Below are positions 27,506-41,579 of a stretch of 64,000 nucleotides of DNA, one piece after another. The notes under the pieces are model-generated. The model had not been told where the DNA came from. It worked only from the letters and a program-made list of their open reading frames with translations, and made no database searches. The stretch is from the NCBI RefSeq assembly GCF_009914755.1, contig NC_060926.1, one strand, 5' to 3'. This DNA is from the human T2T-CHM13v2.0 reference genome, Homo sapiens. Both the position numbers and the translations under genes were made by a program. Each line of letters begins with the position of its first letter. Position 1 is the first letter of the stretch.

Positions 27506-27764
27506 ACCAATCACTGACCACTGGGTGTAAACACTTTCCACGATGTGGTGCAGGCAGTCCTTTGCCCAATCCCTCTCTCTCTCTCAGAGTGCCTACAAAT
27601 TCTGCCCAGCAGCCCAGTGTCTTCTGTCCTTTCTCTCTTTGAGGAAGAATATCTTTCTTTTCCTAACCATCTCTACCTCCAGTTTGGAAAAGAGTTTTTA
27701 AAATTTTATCTCTCCTCAATAATAATAACAATCAAAATTTCTTTCCTTTCTTTAACGAGAAGGG

Positions 27765-27768
<4 letters not shown>

Positions 27769-27812
<44 letters not shown>
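27769..27812. repeat. (TG)n microsatellite
   Basis: About 22 perfect TG units. Confidence 0.97.
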
Positions 27813-27814
<2 letters not shown>

Positions 27815-28879
27815 ATGAGGGAGCAAGTAGGGTCAGGTAGAAAAATTACATATTTTCTCCCATATTTAAACAAGGATTATCAGGTCAATTTGTAATAAAC
27901 TCAGCTGAGGACATTAAAAAATATCACTCCCAAGGGTTAGTGAGTTTTAGGTTCCAAGATTTGAACTTTAGACAGTAAGGGAGAGAGGCGCCAGGCACAG
28001 TGGAGGGTATGCCTGTTCTGTTGGTGTGAGGTTGATGGCTGGAGATGAGTCACAGGGCCAGAACTTACCATCTATGGGACTTTAGGCAATGGAGAAAACA
28101 GTCCTACCACACTGCAAGGACCACAGTTGATAAGCACAAAGCAAATACAACAAGAAAGTACTTGGTGGCTATTTCTCCAAGGCACAATGTATACATTTTA
28201 GACTTAGTTGGACAATATTGAATAACTTAGCCAACATATATTGAGAAATGCCCCATGTGTGAAGGCTTCTGTTAGAGCAGCGGGGGAGAGGATACAGAAT
28301 TCAGTAAGACGCTGGTTTTGTATTCTTGGGCGTCAATACCTGAATGGGAAAAGTAGGCACATGTACAAACAGGTGTCATCCAATCGCCTGTATTACAAGC
28401 TACCAGTGAAGTGCTAAGCACTAAGATATTATTACTGCTTTATCAAAGAAATAATATTTTCCTTTAAATGTGTACTTTCTTAAAAATCCTCTATTATTCA
28501 AACTGACTTTTCAAGACTCACATTTCACACACAAGCACAAATCAACAGTTTGACAAAAGAAGTCAAGAGGGGGGAAGAAAACAGAAGACAGAAAGCACCT
28601 ATATCTGAACATCTGCATAGTATTTTACTTTTAGAAGCATTTATTGGTCGCCTGCTAGGAGTCAGACCAGTGCTTGCTTTGAAGAAAACAAGCCAAAGAA
28701 GCCAGCCCTGCTCTCAGTTTGATAGGATTTGCTGGAGACCACAGTATACACAGAGCTTTGGATATGCACTGTAATCTTTTCTAAATATGTAAGAGCTGAA
28801 AACAGGAAATGCAAAGATGACTGTTCCCATAAAGTAGTTTGTAAAATTTGTATATTAGGTTTATATGAAGGGGGAGGCA

Positions 28880-29095
28880 TTGAAGCCATGCTGCCTGGGC
28901 TCAAATCCTAAGTGGCCACTTACTAGTTATGTGACATTAAGACTGCTACTTAATCTTTCTCTGCCTTAGTTTTATCATCGAAAATTGGACAATGAGAATC
29001 TCTGTATCAAAGGCTCTTGAGGGGATTAAATGAGATAACCCATGTAAAGGGCTCAATATGATTCATAGAGGAAGTAAGAATTTGCTTATTATTTT
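28880..29095 (+). mobile_element. MIR SINE
   Basis: ctgggctcaaatcct...ccacttactagttatgtgac...cttagttttatcatc...ggattaaatgagataac. Confidence 0.8.
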
Positions 29096-29179
29096 TCTTC
29101 TGACAATATTTAGAACATACAAACAACACACAAGATGTAGCTAAGAAGCTCTGATCATAAACTTATATCCAGTAATTTT

Positions 29180-29560
29180 GTGGCCCCTCCGAAGGAAGAA
29201 GATGGACGTCCACCCAAAATTCGGTTCCAATGTTGAGAATGATGATGCCTCCCTGCACCCTCATACCAAGAGGGCATGAAAATGTTTACGATTCACATAA
29301 TGAGGCCTTCTGGGGGAGCAGGAGAGGCATCAAAAGCAGCTACAGAAGTGGCTTGAGAGCAAGACAAGGAACCTAGGCTGGAGTTTTAAAATACTGATTA
29401 GAGGGTGGGATGAGGATGAGAATTCCCTGTGTGGCTTTTCACTGGCACAAGGGAAAAAGCACCAGGGCTTTCTTATCAGCTTACCCAGATGTGGATAGAA
29501 GACTTAAAAGTTATGAATGATCAAACATCAAGAAATGGTGTCAAATTCTTCATTACCAGT
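29180..29560 (-). mobile_element. ERVL-class LTR remnant (MER54/MER74/LTR53-like)
   Basis: ccaagagggcatgaaaatgtttacgattcacataatgaggccttctgggggagcagg resembles remembered ERVL LTRs; family uncertain. Confidence 0.45.
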
Positions 29561-30029
29561 ATCTACAAACCTCCTAAAACAATCCAACTGCAGTTCACTA
29601 GTACATGCTTCACATGTTTTAATTTTTAGAAATCTACCTCTATATTTAGATTATATCCCATAAAGTAAATGTGTATATTAATATTTAATTTTTTGGTTCA
29701 CTTTTTAAGCAAATGAATGTTACTTGATACCGACAAAGAGTAGAATATGATGTTCTTCCAATGTATTTTCACTATAATTTTTAGAAAGAAAAAAGTCAGA
29801 CCAGAGACATCGCTGAGTTGAAAAGTTTCATCCATGAGCTTGCAGAGGGTCTGACTACACTGACTCTGAGAGAAGTTACAATTCCCACCTGCCACAGTCC
29901 ATGGTATCACCTCATACTCCTGAAAGTAACATAACGTTTAAATAATTATACCACATTTGCTTCAAGCAAGAGAATTTTTCTTTGTCCAGGTGTTGTTGTT
30001 GGGGTTGTTGCTGATGCCTTTGGTGTGGT

Positions 30030-30170
30030 CACTGTTGAATATTCTCTGAGCACATGCTAAGCGCCAAGCACTCTGTTAAGGACTCTGCACGCATTATGTC
30101 ATTTCATAACAATCCTATGAGGTAGATACTGTTATTATCCCAATTTACAAATAGAGGAAACAAAACAGAT
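30030..30170 (-). mobile_element. MIR SINE
   Basis: gccaagcactctgttaagg...cataacaatcctatgaggtagatactgttattatcccaatttacaaatagaggaaac. Confidence 0.8.
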
Positions 30171-30938
30171 GGCGCCCAGCTGGCCAGTCCATGATATCTT
30201 CTATATATAAGTAACAATGCTTTGTTTTATCATCTTTCTGCCACACATGGATTCATGCACGCTAAGTTCTATTTGGTGTAATTAAAACCCCAGGATAAAA
30301 TTTTAACTCTACCTTTGAAATAATATAGTTAGAAGGGAAGAATCTATTGAGGAAAGCCCACAGTAAAAGATAAGCTTCAGCATTTCCTAGTTTATCATCA
30401 TAACCATGTTTTTGAAACCACTGAAATCTATGGTGTAAAAGATATTATGGTGAAAAAGAAACAATGACTCATTCTATCTGTATTGTCTCTTTTGAAATAG
30501 AAATCTTTGTTTTATTTCTAAACATATTTTCTCATAGAATGGAAATCATTTTCTATGCCATCCTTATAAAAGTAATTTAAGTAACAGACATAATATAGAA
30601 ATTTTCTCATTTTATATTCCCAAATGGCCCTGTGTCATTCTATAGTTTTGAGTACTCATGGGATCATATACAAATCTGTAAAACAATGAATTCATTCTCC
30701 TCTTGTTAGCAAAATTTGCATTTTCAAAGGAACAATACGATTTAGTCCATCAGTCTGAACCAAGTAAGATAAATCAGTTTCACTATGAACCAGACATTTT
30801 TCTAGACTCCTAAAATAATAATAAATAATAATCAACTAAGAAAATAATGTATAGTTGGCAATGGGAGTTTTAAACTATCTAACAAGTTTTGCTATCATAA
30901 TGTTAATATCAGGAGGTATGCTAATTGTATAAAACTAT

Positions 30939-31261
<323 letters not shown>

Positions 31262-31620
31262 CTAGTGGTAGATTTTCATTTTCAGTGATGGTTTTAGCTG
31301 TGGCTTTCCTTTAAATTGCTGTATTAAAAACATGTATTGTTACGTATTTGGCAGTTGTGCTTCGCTGTTTTCAAAGCCAAGGTACTCATCAAATTTGATG
31401 TAGGCTTTATGTGCCCCCATGAACACCTAGAAAGGAGTTTAATCAGTGGGAAAGATCATAACAGGGTGCAAAAAGATCTTCTGAGAAAATAAGAACTTCT
31501 AGAAGGTGTTAGAGTGCTTGTGAAATTGGAAGCCAAGCTTAAAAACAATCTTTGCATCATCCCAGTGTTATAAGATGAACAAACCTACTCAGCAAGGTGA
31601 TTACAAACTGCAGGGCCTAA

Positions 31621-31957
<337 letters not shown>

Positions 31958-33588
31958 AATTGCTGCCATTTTTAAGCTAGGGTTTGACCAACTAGCAACA
32001 GGTAATCTCTTGAGAGTTGAGAGGCAATTTATTGTGAAAACTAAGCTTCATCAAAAAATGAGAGGAAAATTATGGTGTAGTTGCATGAATTGCCACGCTC
32101 TACGCTTCTAGAGGAGTTGGGAGAAAACATCTCTTCTCACACAATCAATATTCTCCTGTCTTCAACAGAACTAACCCTATCCCCCACGTATTTTGGGGGA
32201 TTTACAAGTTAGGCTAGAGGAGTCCTAGTCTAACTTGTAAATATTCAGTAGGAAGTACAGACATCACAGAGGACAACAGAACTATAATTACTTTTTAAAG
32301 AAATCAGTAAACATTATTACAGATCCAAACAAACCTTTATTGAATTTAACTAAAATTAAGTTAATACAACTTGCTCCAAGTTGGTGAATACATTTTTCTC
32401 ATTTAGGGCAATTATGAAGAAAGCCGGGGCATTTAGGTTCTCAAAGATTTTGGCTACTGGGAATAAACCTGAAACAAAATAAGTTTCTATTAAAATGAAC
32501 TTTACTTTCTTATTTTAGAGGCCGCACAATGGTCCAGGGAAATCAGTATGTATAAATACACATAAACAATGTCATTGCCACACAGTTGTAAGAAATGGTA
32601 TGTTTTCCCATCCTGGGGCCATACTTACCTCCCTGCATCATCCAAGTTAAATGTATTCTTGTAAAACTCCCTCAAAATAGAAATCATTAAAGCATAAGTC
32701 AAACGGCTTACAAACTGACAAACTGTCAGATTTACATTTAGGTTTTACAGGACTTGTAAAATGGCAAGTCAGATGGTAAACCTGTTTATGAAGACAGCAC
32801 AAGAAGCTTCAACAAATGCCACAATCTGTTCCGTTAATGATGTTTAAGATATTTGATTTCTGTCAACAGATACCCACTCCTCTAGGTTTTCTGGGAAAGA
32901 GACCTGTCCCCAAAAATCCAGAGCAAAATATACTTCAAGAAATTAACATTACTTAAAAAAAAAGATAATAATAAAAGAAGGATGCAGCCGCAACAATAAG
33001 ATAGATTTAAAATGGAGACAAACAGAAATGAGGAAAAGGGAAGAAGAGAGGGAAGAAGGGAGAACAAGTCAACTAAAGCAACATCAAAATACATAGGGGA
33101 TTTTAGTAATGCTTTTAAATGTAGTATTCTTAATTAGTAAAACTAATACACAATTGTGCAAGGAAATAATGACTTTAGGAGATGGTAATACTTTTATTGA
33201 TTAAATACTATCTCATGATTCTTCATAATTCTTCAGTCAGGTGTGCCTAAATAAATCCTAAGTGTTAAAAGACACTTATCTATATTTAAATAGTTTAGGT
33301 AGAAATGAGTTAATTAGCCTGGTCTAAAATATGTCTCAAATATCAAATAGATTTCAGAAATATAATTTTGATCATAAACTACATAAATAAATTATGACAG
33401 ATACCTTATTTCCTTTAAATGATCAACGGCCTATAAATTGATGGCAAAATATATTTCAGATTTCAAGGTGATTTGAGCTTGCTGTTGAGAAAGTTTTAAA
33501 AATGCGGGGACAAAACTAGTTCGACCAATATTACATATTTTTTCTCTCCAGGTAGCTAAAAGTGTAGAATTTGTAGTTATGTAATATA

Positions 33589-33951
33589 CAGGGCTCCCTG
33601 ACTTACAATGGGGTTGCATTTCTATCAACCCACCATATGGTGAAAAATATTGTTAAATCAAAAATGCATTTAATACACTTAACCTACCAAACATCATCAC
33701 CTAGCCTACCATAAATGTGCTCAGAACACTTGCATTAGTTTACAGTTGGGCAAAAGAATCTAACACAAAGCCTATTTTAAAAATAAAGTATTGAATATTT
33801 CATGTACGAGGAACGTAACGCATAATGCTACCCCAGGAAAAGGTCAAAATTCAAAATTCAAAGTATGCATTTCTACTGAATGCTTATCATTCTTGCACCA
33901 TGGTGAAGTAAAAAATCGTAAGTCAAACCATTGTAAGTTGAGGACCATCTG
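33589..33951. mobile_element. MER47-family (TcMar-Tigger) non-autonomous DNA transposon
   Basis: TA flanks; terminal inverted repeats cagggctccctgacttacaatgg / ccattgtaagttgaggaccatctg. Confidence 0.85.
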
Positions 33952-34694
33952 TATATGCATTGAGAGATTTTATCTACATTAGTATTCTAATAAAATATAC
34001 TGGTATACATAATTTGCAGTCACTTTCATATTTTTCACAAAAGCCTGGCCCATCTGTCATGCCCACCACATATCAGTGAACACTGACTACTTTTATAGAA
34101 AAAAACAAGACAAACACAACAAAACCTCCACAACTTTATATGTTTGGATTTTAAAGTAAACTCCATAAATCCAGTGAAAGTCTAAAAAGCGACTTGAATC
34201 ATGTTTGCAATCAAGATGGCCACATGACTATGCAAATGTACAAATGAGGGGGACTAAATGCTGCTCTACACAGAGCAAGGTCACAAACACAACAATCACA
34301 GGGAAGTCGGTCACCATTTGCCACACTTTCTCTGATGTTTTCCTCCATTCGTTGTCAATTAAGCTGGGTCCCCAACTCTCACTAAAGATTAATTTAACTG
34401 CTATGCTCTTCCTTTTTTCCTGAGAAGTACTGTAAGAATACTGGTCTCACACTTGTCCCTGCCCTCCCTGGTATCTTGCTGTGTTCCAATACCACTGGTA
34501 CTTTCCTCTTTGTTTTTAAATCAGAATCTCTTCTTCAGGGTGGTGGCTGGATCTTCACATCACCTTACTACTGCTTCTACTCACCACTTTGTCTCTTACT
34601 TTCCTTTCCCTGATTCACTTCCAGAAGCAGCAGGATACATTGGTTGTCTATGCCATACCATTGATCAAAAGGTGTTCCATAGACTACCTAATAT

Positions 34695-34845
34695 TCAGAA
34701 TCAGAAGGAATACTTAGTTAAAAGCGTTAATTCATTAGTCCATACCAGACCTTCTGGATTGAAGTTTCCTTGCGTAGGGCCCAGTAATCTATATTTTTAA
34801 CAAGTTTTCAAGATGATTCTTAAGTAAATTTTGAGAACCACTGAT
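34695..34845. mobile_element. MER5-type hAT-Charlie fragment
   Basis: agggcccagtaatctatatttttaacaag...gatgattct...tttgagaaccactg. Confidence 0.65.
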
Positions 34846-35020
34846 CTCTTTCCTCAACACCCAATCTCTTCCTAATCTTACAGCTGTGCTGTCTATTCCA
34901 GAATCCTCTGAATCTTCTCCCCAATCCTCAATCACTTCCCCACTGTCAAATCCCAAGACAATTTTGCATTTATGGACCATCCTGCTGCCCTTTGTGAAAC
35001 TCTTTCTTGGGTTTTTGTTT

Positions 35021-37340
35021 TTTTTTTACTTTTTTTATGATTATACTTTAAGTTCTGGGATAACTGTGCAGAACGAGCAGTTTTGTTACACAGGTATACA
35101 TGTGCCATGGTGGTTTGCTGCACCCATCAACTCGTCATCTACATTAGGTATTTCTCCTAATGTTATCCCTCCCATTGCCTCCCACCCCCCAACAGGCCCC
35201 AGTGTGTGATATTTCCCTCCCTGTGCCCATATGTTCTCATTGGTCAACTCCCACTTATGAGTGAGAACATACAGTGTTTGGTTTCCTGTTCCTACGTTAG
35301 TTTGCTGAGAATAATGGTTTCCAGCTTCATCCATGTCCCTGCAAAGGACATGAACTCACTCTCTTTTATGGCTGCATAGTATATTCCATGGTATATATGT
35401 GCCACATTTTCTTTATCCAGCCTAACATTGATGGGCATTTGGGTTGGTTCCAAGTCTTTGTTATTGTGAATAGTACTGCAATAAACATACGTGTGCATGT
35501 GTCTTTATAAAAGAATGATTTATAACCCTTTGGGTATATACCCAGTAATGGGATTGCTGGATCAAATGGTATTTCTAGTTCTAGATTCTTGAGGAATCAC
35601 CACACTGTCTTCCACAATGGTTGAACTCATTCACACTCTCACCAACAGTGTAAAAGCATTGCTATTTCTCCACATCCTCTCCAGCATCTGCTGTTTCCTG
35701 ACTTTAATGACCGCTATTCTAACTGGCATGAGATGGTATCTCATTGTGGTTTTGATGTGCATGTCTCTAATGACCAGTGATGATGAGTTCTTTTTCATGT
35801 TTGTTGGCTGCATGTCTTCTTTTGAAAAGTGTCTGTTCATATCCTTCGCCAACTTTTTGATGGGGTTGTTTGTTTTTTTCATGTAAATTTAAGTTCCTTG
35901 TAGGTTCTAGATATTAGCCCTTTGTCAGATGGATAGATTGCAAAAATTTTCTCCAACTCTGTAGGCTGCCTGTTCACTCTGATGATAGTTTCTTTTGCTG
36001 CACAGAAGCTCTTTAGTTTAATTAGATCCCATTAGTCAATTTTGGCTTCTGTTGCAATTGCTTTTGATGTTTTAGTCATGAAGTCTTTGCCCAGGCCTAT
36101 GTCCTAAATAGTACTGCCTAGGTTTTCTTCAAGGGTTTTTATGGTTTTAGGTCTTACATTTAAATCTTTAATCCATCTTGAGCTAATTTTTGTATAAGGT
36201 GTAAGGAAGGGGTCCAGTTTCAGTTTTTTGCATATGGCTAGCCAGTTTCCCCAACACCATGTATTAAATAGGTAATCCTCTCCCAATTGCTTGTTTCTGT
36301 AAGGTTTGTCAAAGATCAGATGGTTGTGGATGTGCGGTGTTATTTCTGAGACCTCTGTTCTGTTCCATTGGTCTATATACCCGTTTTGGTACCAGTACCA
36401 TGCCATTTTGGTTACTGCAGCCTTGTAGTATAGTTTGAAGTCAGGTAGCATGATGCCTCCAGCTTTGTTCTTTTTGCTTAGGATTGTCTTGGCTATAAAG
36501 GCTCTTTTTTGGTTCCATGTGAAATTTAAAATAGTTTTTTCTAATTCCGTGAAGAAAGTCAATGGTAGCTTGATGGGAATAGCATTGAATCTATAAATTA
36601 CTTTGGGCAGTATGACCATTTCCACGATATTGATTCTTCCTATCCACAAGCATGAATGAGCATGTGCATGGAATGTTATTCCATTTGTTTGTGTCCTCTC
36701 TTATGTCCTTGAGCAGTGGTTTGTAGTTCTCCTTGAAGGGGACCTTCACATCCCTTGTAAGTTGTATTCCTACGTATTTTGTTATCTTTGTAGCAATTCT
36801 GAATGGGAGTTTGCTCATGATTTGGCTCTCTGTCTTTTATTGGTGTATAGGAATGTTTGTGATTTTTTCACATTGATGTGGTATACCGAGGCTTTGCTGA
36901 AATTGCCTAACAGCTTAAGGGGCTTTTTGGCTGACACAATAGGGTTTTCTAAATATACAATCATGTCATCTGCAAACAGAGATAATGTGACTTCTTCTCT
37001 TCCTATTTGAATACCCTTGTGTCTTTCTCTTACCTGATTGCCCTGGTCAGAACTTCCAGCACTATGTTGCATAGGAGTAGTGAGACAGAGCATCCTCACC
37101 TTGTGCGGGTTTTCAAAGGGAATGCTTCCAGCTTTGCCCCTTCAGTATGATATTAGCTGTGGGTTTGTCATAAACAGTTCTTATTATTTTGAGATATGTT
37201 CCATCAATACCTACTTTATTGAGTGTTTTTAGCATGAAGTGGGGTTGAATTTTATCGAAGGCCTGTCTGTATCTATTGAGATAATCATGTGGTTTTTGTC
37301 ATTGGTTCTGTTTATGTGATGGATTATGTTTATTGATTTG
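35021..37340 (-). mobile_element. L1PA (PA7/PA8-like) LINE-1, 5'-truncated, ~2.3 kb
   Basis: L1PA 3'UTR (ttatactttaagttctggga...); ORF2 fragments 36104-36649 (WIGRINIV...[11 protein letters not shown]) and 36815-37099 ([16 protein letters not shown] catalytic motif); TSD-like ctttcttg(gg)tttttgttt at 35002 and 37341. Confidence 0.96.
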
Positions 37341-38799
37341 CTTTCTTGTTTTTGTTTCACAGATGACATCATCTTCATCTTACTTCCCACCTCTCAGAAC
37401 ATCCTCTCCTGCTCCGCCATATTTCCTACTTGTCTTCCCACTGTGAGTGTTCTCTGTGGCTGAATCCTGCTTTTTCTTCCAGGTTATAATAAATTTTTAC
37501 TCTTGTTCCTCAGCTGCTTTGCAATGGAAAAAAAAATACTTTTCAGAGAGTGAGGAAAATGGAAAAGAATGCTGAAGTAAGTGTAGGTTAGATAAAAATG
37601 TTTTATAACATTGCTTAGGCAAAACAAGTGATGCTATGTTTCCAAAGTAGAACTGTATGTAATATCAAGTGCCTGTGGAAACAATTTAAAACAAAAAGGG
37701 AGGAAATAAATTGAAAAAAGCAAAAAGTAGATTATTTAAAAGATATACTTCTCTTTTTGTCAAGTTATTATAAATCAGAAACCAAAGCAAATTTACTCAT
37801 CAAAGACCAGGATGAGTATCGGTCTAAGTGGGGGCTGAGAAGACTGGCCAGGAAATTGTATTTTAACTCTAAAAAAGCCTCTTTGGGACCTCCTTTATTT
37901 GCCATGACTGCTATATGGTTTGTTTTATTCAAAATATTTATTCATTGTGTCTACTTATCCTAATTCAACAGGACTTCAAAGATTTGAAGACACTTTTATT
38001 TTTTAATTTAAAAATAACATATCTATTGAATCATTTTGCAGTTTGTCAAGAATATATGCTCTGAGGAATCAAAGATGGGAAACCTCTAAAAAGATTTGAG
38101 TCTCTTTCCTTAAGCTGATATACTATCTGTCTTTCTATCCTCTCTAGTTCCATTTTGGTTTCTACAATTTGTTTCCCCAGTTCTCCACTGAGGCATGAGC
38201 CACTATTAAGTGTCTATGGCACTCAAGACGTGCCACGGAAGTGAAGTACTACAAGTTCTTTTCTGTCCTGTAATTTCAAGAAGTGGGTTTTTAGCATCTC
38301 CAGTTGTTCCATTTGAGGAGATAAATAGTGGCATGGAAAGATGTAAGATGAGACCAATCTTTCTCTGTATTCTGTCAAGCATCAGTTAAATCCAAAGTTA
38401 AAAGAGCAGAGCCTGGGACCAAGGGGCTGAATCTATCCAGTAATTATTGTGCCCCCATTATACTATGGGAAAAAGAAGATGTTTAAGCAGAAACACTCTC
38501 AGGTATTCTGGAGGAGGGCAGTGAGGTTGAAGCCATGGCAGGGGAGGAAGGAGATGGGCATGGAGCACTGGCATGGAAGCTGTGAAGTGGGTCCAGGAGG
38601 GAGCTTGCCTGGGACTCTGCCAGTCAGAGGCAGCAAGGCAGCTGCAGTCCAGCAACAGGGGAGGGGACAGGTGAGGCGGGGCCTCTCCTGCCTCCCTGTT
38701 CTCCAGTCCACCCTCCCAAGGCATGACCTGTGAGCACCTCAGCGGCTGCCTGGCCAGGAGGAGACATGGGTAAAACTTGTCTTCCATGGTTCATGTGAA

Positions 38800-39363
38800 A
38801 GAATCAACAAACAAAAATAAAATACAAATCTCATCAGGTTCCTTCCTTAAAACTCATGGCTGCTCACTGTCTTCTGGACAAAGTTCAAGGCACTTGAGGC
38901 TTTCTGTAATCTGGCTTCTACCTACCTTTGTAGCCTCATTTTCACCCCAATACTGAGGCCCTAACAAATCAGGTACCTTTCCCTGAGTCAACACATCCTT
39001 ACATACCTCTGTGGTTGTGCACATCCTGCATTCTCTCCCGGGCATGGCTCTCCAACACCCATCCTAGCTTCCTGACTTACTTTGTGAATGACCCCTCACA
39101 CTAAGACACAGACCACAAGTCACCTCCTCACCTCCTAGCCTTTTCCTAACCCTCCAGGTGAAATTAGGTGCTCTAAATTCTGTGTTCAACCCTCATATAT
39201 GCACCAATTAGAGTTCAGATCACAGAACAATTTAATGCATGTCTTTCTCTAGGAACCTAGGATGTTCTCAAGGGCAGAAGTCACATCCTATTCATCTTGC
39301 ATCTTTCAGCCATTAGCACGGTGCAGGATGCAGTAGTGACTCAATAAATATTTATTAAATAAA
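38800..39363 (+). mobile_element. L2
   Basis: ttccttccttaaaactcatggctgctcactg...; 3' end agcacggtgcaggatgcagtagtgactcaataaatatttattaaat. Confidence 0.75.
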
Positions 39364-39367
39364 CTGT

Positions 39368-39823
39368 TGTGAATGTTGCCCAAATCAAAATGCAGTCACA
39401 TATGTTTAAAACAAACAAGAAAACCTCTAACAAATAGAGCTAGGGAAGGCCATGAGAAGGTTCTCATGCACGAATGCCTGATAACAAGAACTATCATAAA
39501 AGACTGTAGAAAACACAACCTCACATAAAAGCCATCTCAACCTTAAACAAAATACTTCAGTGAGGACATCTTCCCAGTACCTTCCTGTCCAGCCTCAAAC
39601 TGGAACCACCCTTGTTATTGCTGGATGCTAGTGGCAAAGGATAATTATCTCAAACAATAATGTAATCTTCCTCATTTTTTCTCTAAAAACCTCTGCTTTC
39701 CTTCACCTCCCCGAATACATACATAGCTTACTATGTTACACATATTCCCATTGCAATGCCTACTCCTGAATAAATATCATTTTCTTTTAGAGAGCCTCTC
39801 CCTGTTTATTATTTAGGTTTACA
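39368..39823 (+). mobile_element. ERV1 solo LTR (MER65-like)
   Basis: TG...CA ends; start tgtgaatgttgcccaaatcaaaatgcagtca resembles MER65; AATAAA at ~39769; 4-bp TSD-like ctgt/ttgt. Confidence 0.75.
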
Positions 39824-40964
39824 TTGTTGATACATACATTCAAATACATTTAACCATTGTTTTCTGAAAACTTACCACTCAGCAGACCTCTACAGGATCC
39901 TGAAGCTACCAAGGTAGTTAAAACATGATTACTATGCTTAAGAAGCTTGGACTCTTGCAGGGAAGACCAAATATCTAAAGACATAATGATAATGCAACAT
40001 AAAATGTACAGTGCTTAGGTATATAGTAGGTTCAAAAATGTGACTCAAGAGAAAAATATTGAGATGTAACCTGTCTATAGCAGAAACTTTAATGAAAGGA
40101 GAAATAAATTTGGCCAGGATGCTTCAAGCTGATTTAGCAGCCAGCAGAGAGCCACTGAAGGGCTTGGGAGAGGAATGGCATGCTGATGCAGATGGCATTT
40201 TAGAAGAACCATTTGGCAGCAGCATGATGAAACCACTGGAGCAAAGAGAAGGTGCAATATGAGACGCTCTAAGCTTCCTTGTTCTGAGTTACAAAACATG
40301 ACTTCCTGCTTTATAAAGCTGCTTTAGTTCCTTCCATTAAAGGTGACTATATCATCAAGGGAAGCCAAGGAGTGCATGCCACAAAGAGTTAAATGCTGGA
40401 CAAACAAAAGTTAATAGTGTTTGCAGAATATGATGCATGTTGGCATTTACTGGGAAGTGCAGCTAAAAGCAGAAGAATTTGCCAAATAGCTCAGGAAAGT
40501 ACCACAGAATTCTCAAAGTCAGGGGAGTTCAAGAAGAGCAAACTGCATCATGAAGAATTCTCAGTCTAGTACTTCCAGCTGGCTTTTCAGAGAAACTGTT
40601 TAGTCTCAGCAACACTTAAGTCAAGAGAGTGAAACACAAATTATAACCTTAACCTAACAGAAAATGTGCATAAAACCTCAGTATTCTTTAATATGTCTCA
40701 AAATTGTATTTTCAAGCCCAGAGCTGCCACAGAGTCAAGATCAGGTGTTCTTGAGATGTCACCATGATACTCAGAGTAACTGCTCAAGTTTATCAATGAT
40801 TCAGAGCCTCCTTCAGACTCTGGAAGAGGACGAGGCTCCAACATGGACTATGATGCCAAAAAGAAGGTATAATGTTGCATGGAGAAATGCACACCACCAC
40901 CAGTCAGTTAAAAACAAACAAACATGGCTGTACCATAATTTGGTATTTCTTCTCTCCCACCTTC

Positions 40965-41579
40965 TGTGATAGGCAGAATTCTAATTCTAAGGTGGACTCA
41001 CTGACCTTTACCCCATGGTGTTACTCCAGTGATTATGTTATATCACACAGTGAAAGAGAGTTGCCAGTGTCATTAAGGTTACTAATCAGTTGACCTTAAG
41101 AAAAGGAGATGACGCAAGTGGGTTTAATCATATGAATTTTGTTTTTAAAAACCGAAAATTTTCTCTTGCTGTAACAAAGGGGGAAGCCAGAGAGACTGGA
41201 AGTGTGAAAAGGACTCCAACACTATTGCTGGTTTGAGGATGGATGGAGTCATGTGAAAAGGGATGCTGCTGGCCTTTAGAGCAGAGAGTGGCTCCTGGCT
41301 AACAGCCAGTGATGAAACAAGGATCTCAGTCCTACAACCACAAGAAACAACTCTGCCAAAGATCTGAATGATTTTGAAGTACATTCTTCTTCACATCTTC
41401 CATAAGAGAATACAGCTCAGCCAACATCTAGATTTCAGATTTTTAAGGCCCTAAGCAGAAGACCCAGTAAAGCCCACCAGAACTTCTGACCTATAGGACT
41501 GTGAGATAACCAATGAGTGTCATTTTAAGCTGAAAAAGTTTGCATTAATTTGTTATAGTGGCAATAGGAAAGGGATGCA
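40965..41579 (+). mobile_element. MLT1 (E-like) MaLR solo LTR
   Basis: tgtgataggcagaattcta... to ...tgttatagtggcaataggaaagggatgca; TSD-like ccttc/cctcc. Confidence 0.85.

Noticed and set aside
27116-27541. Overlapping ORFs of 88-110 aa on both strands
   Set aside because: No recognisable protein, partly inside a MIR, and no convincing pair of splice sites.
32621-32630. ATACTTACCT, identical to the U1 snRNA 5' end
   Set aside because: No further U1 similarity; it is simply the reverse complement of a consensus splice donor.
36104-36649. Longest ORF in the window (181 aa)
   Set aside because: Fragment of L1 ORF2 in a 5'-truncated, frameshifted L1PA; not an active element or host gene.
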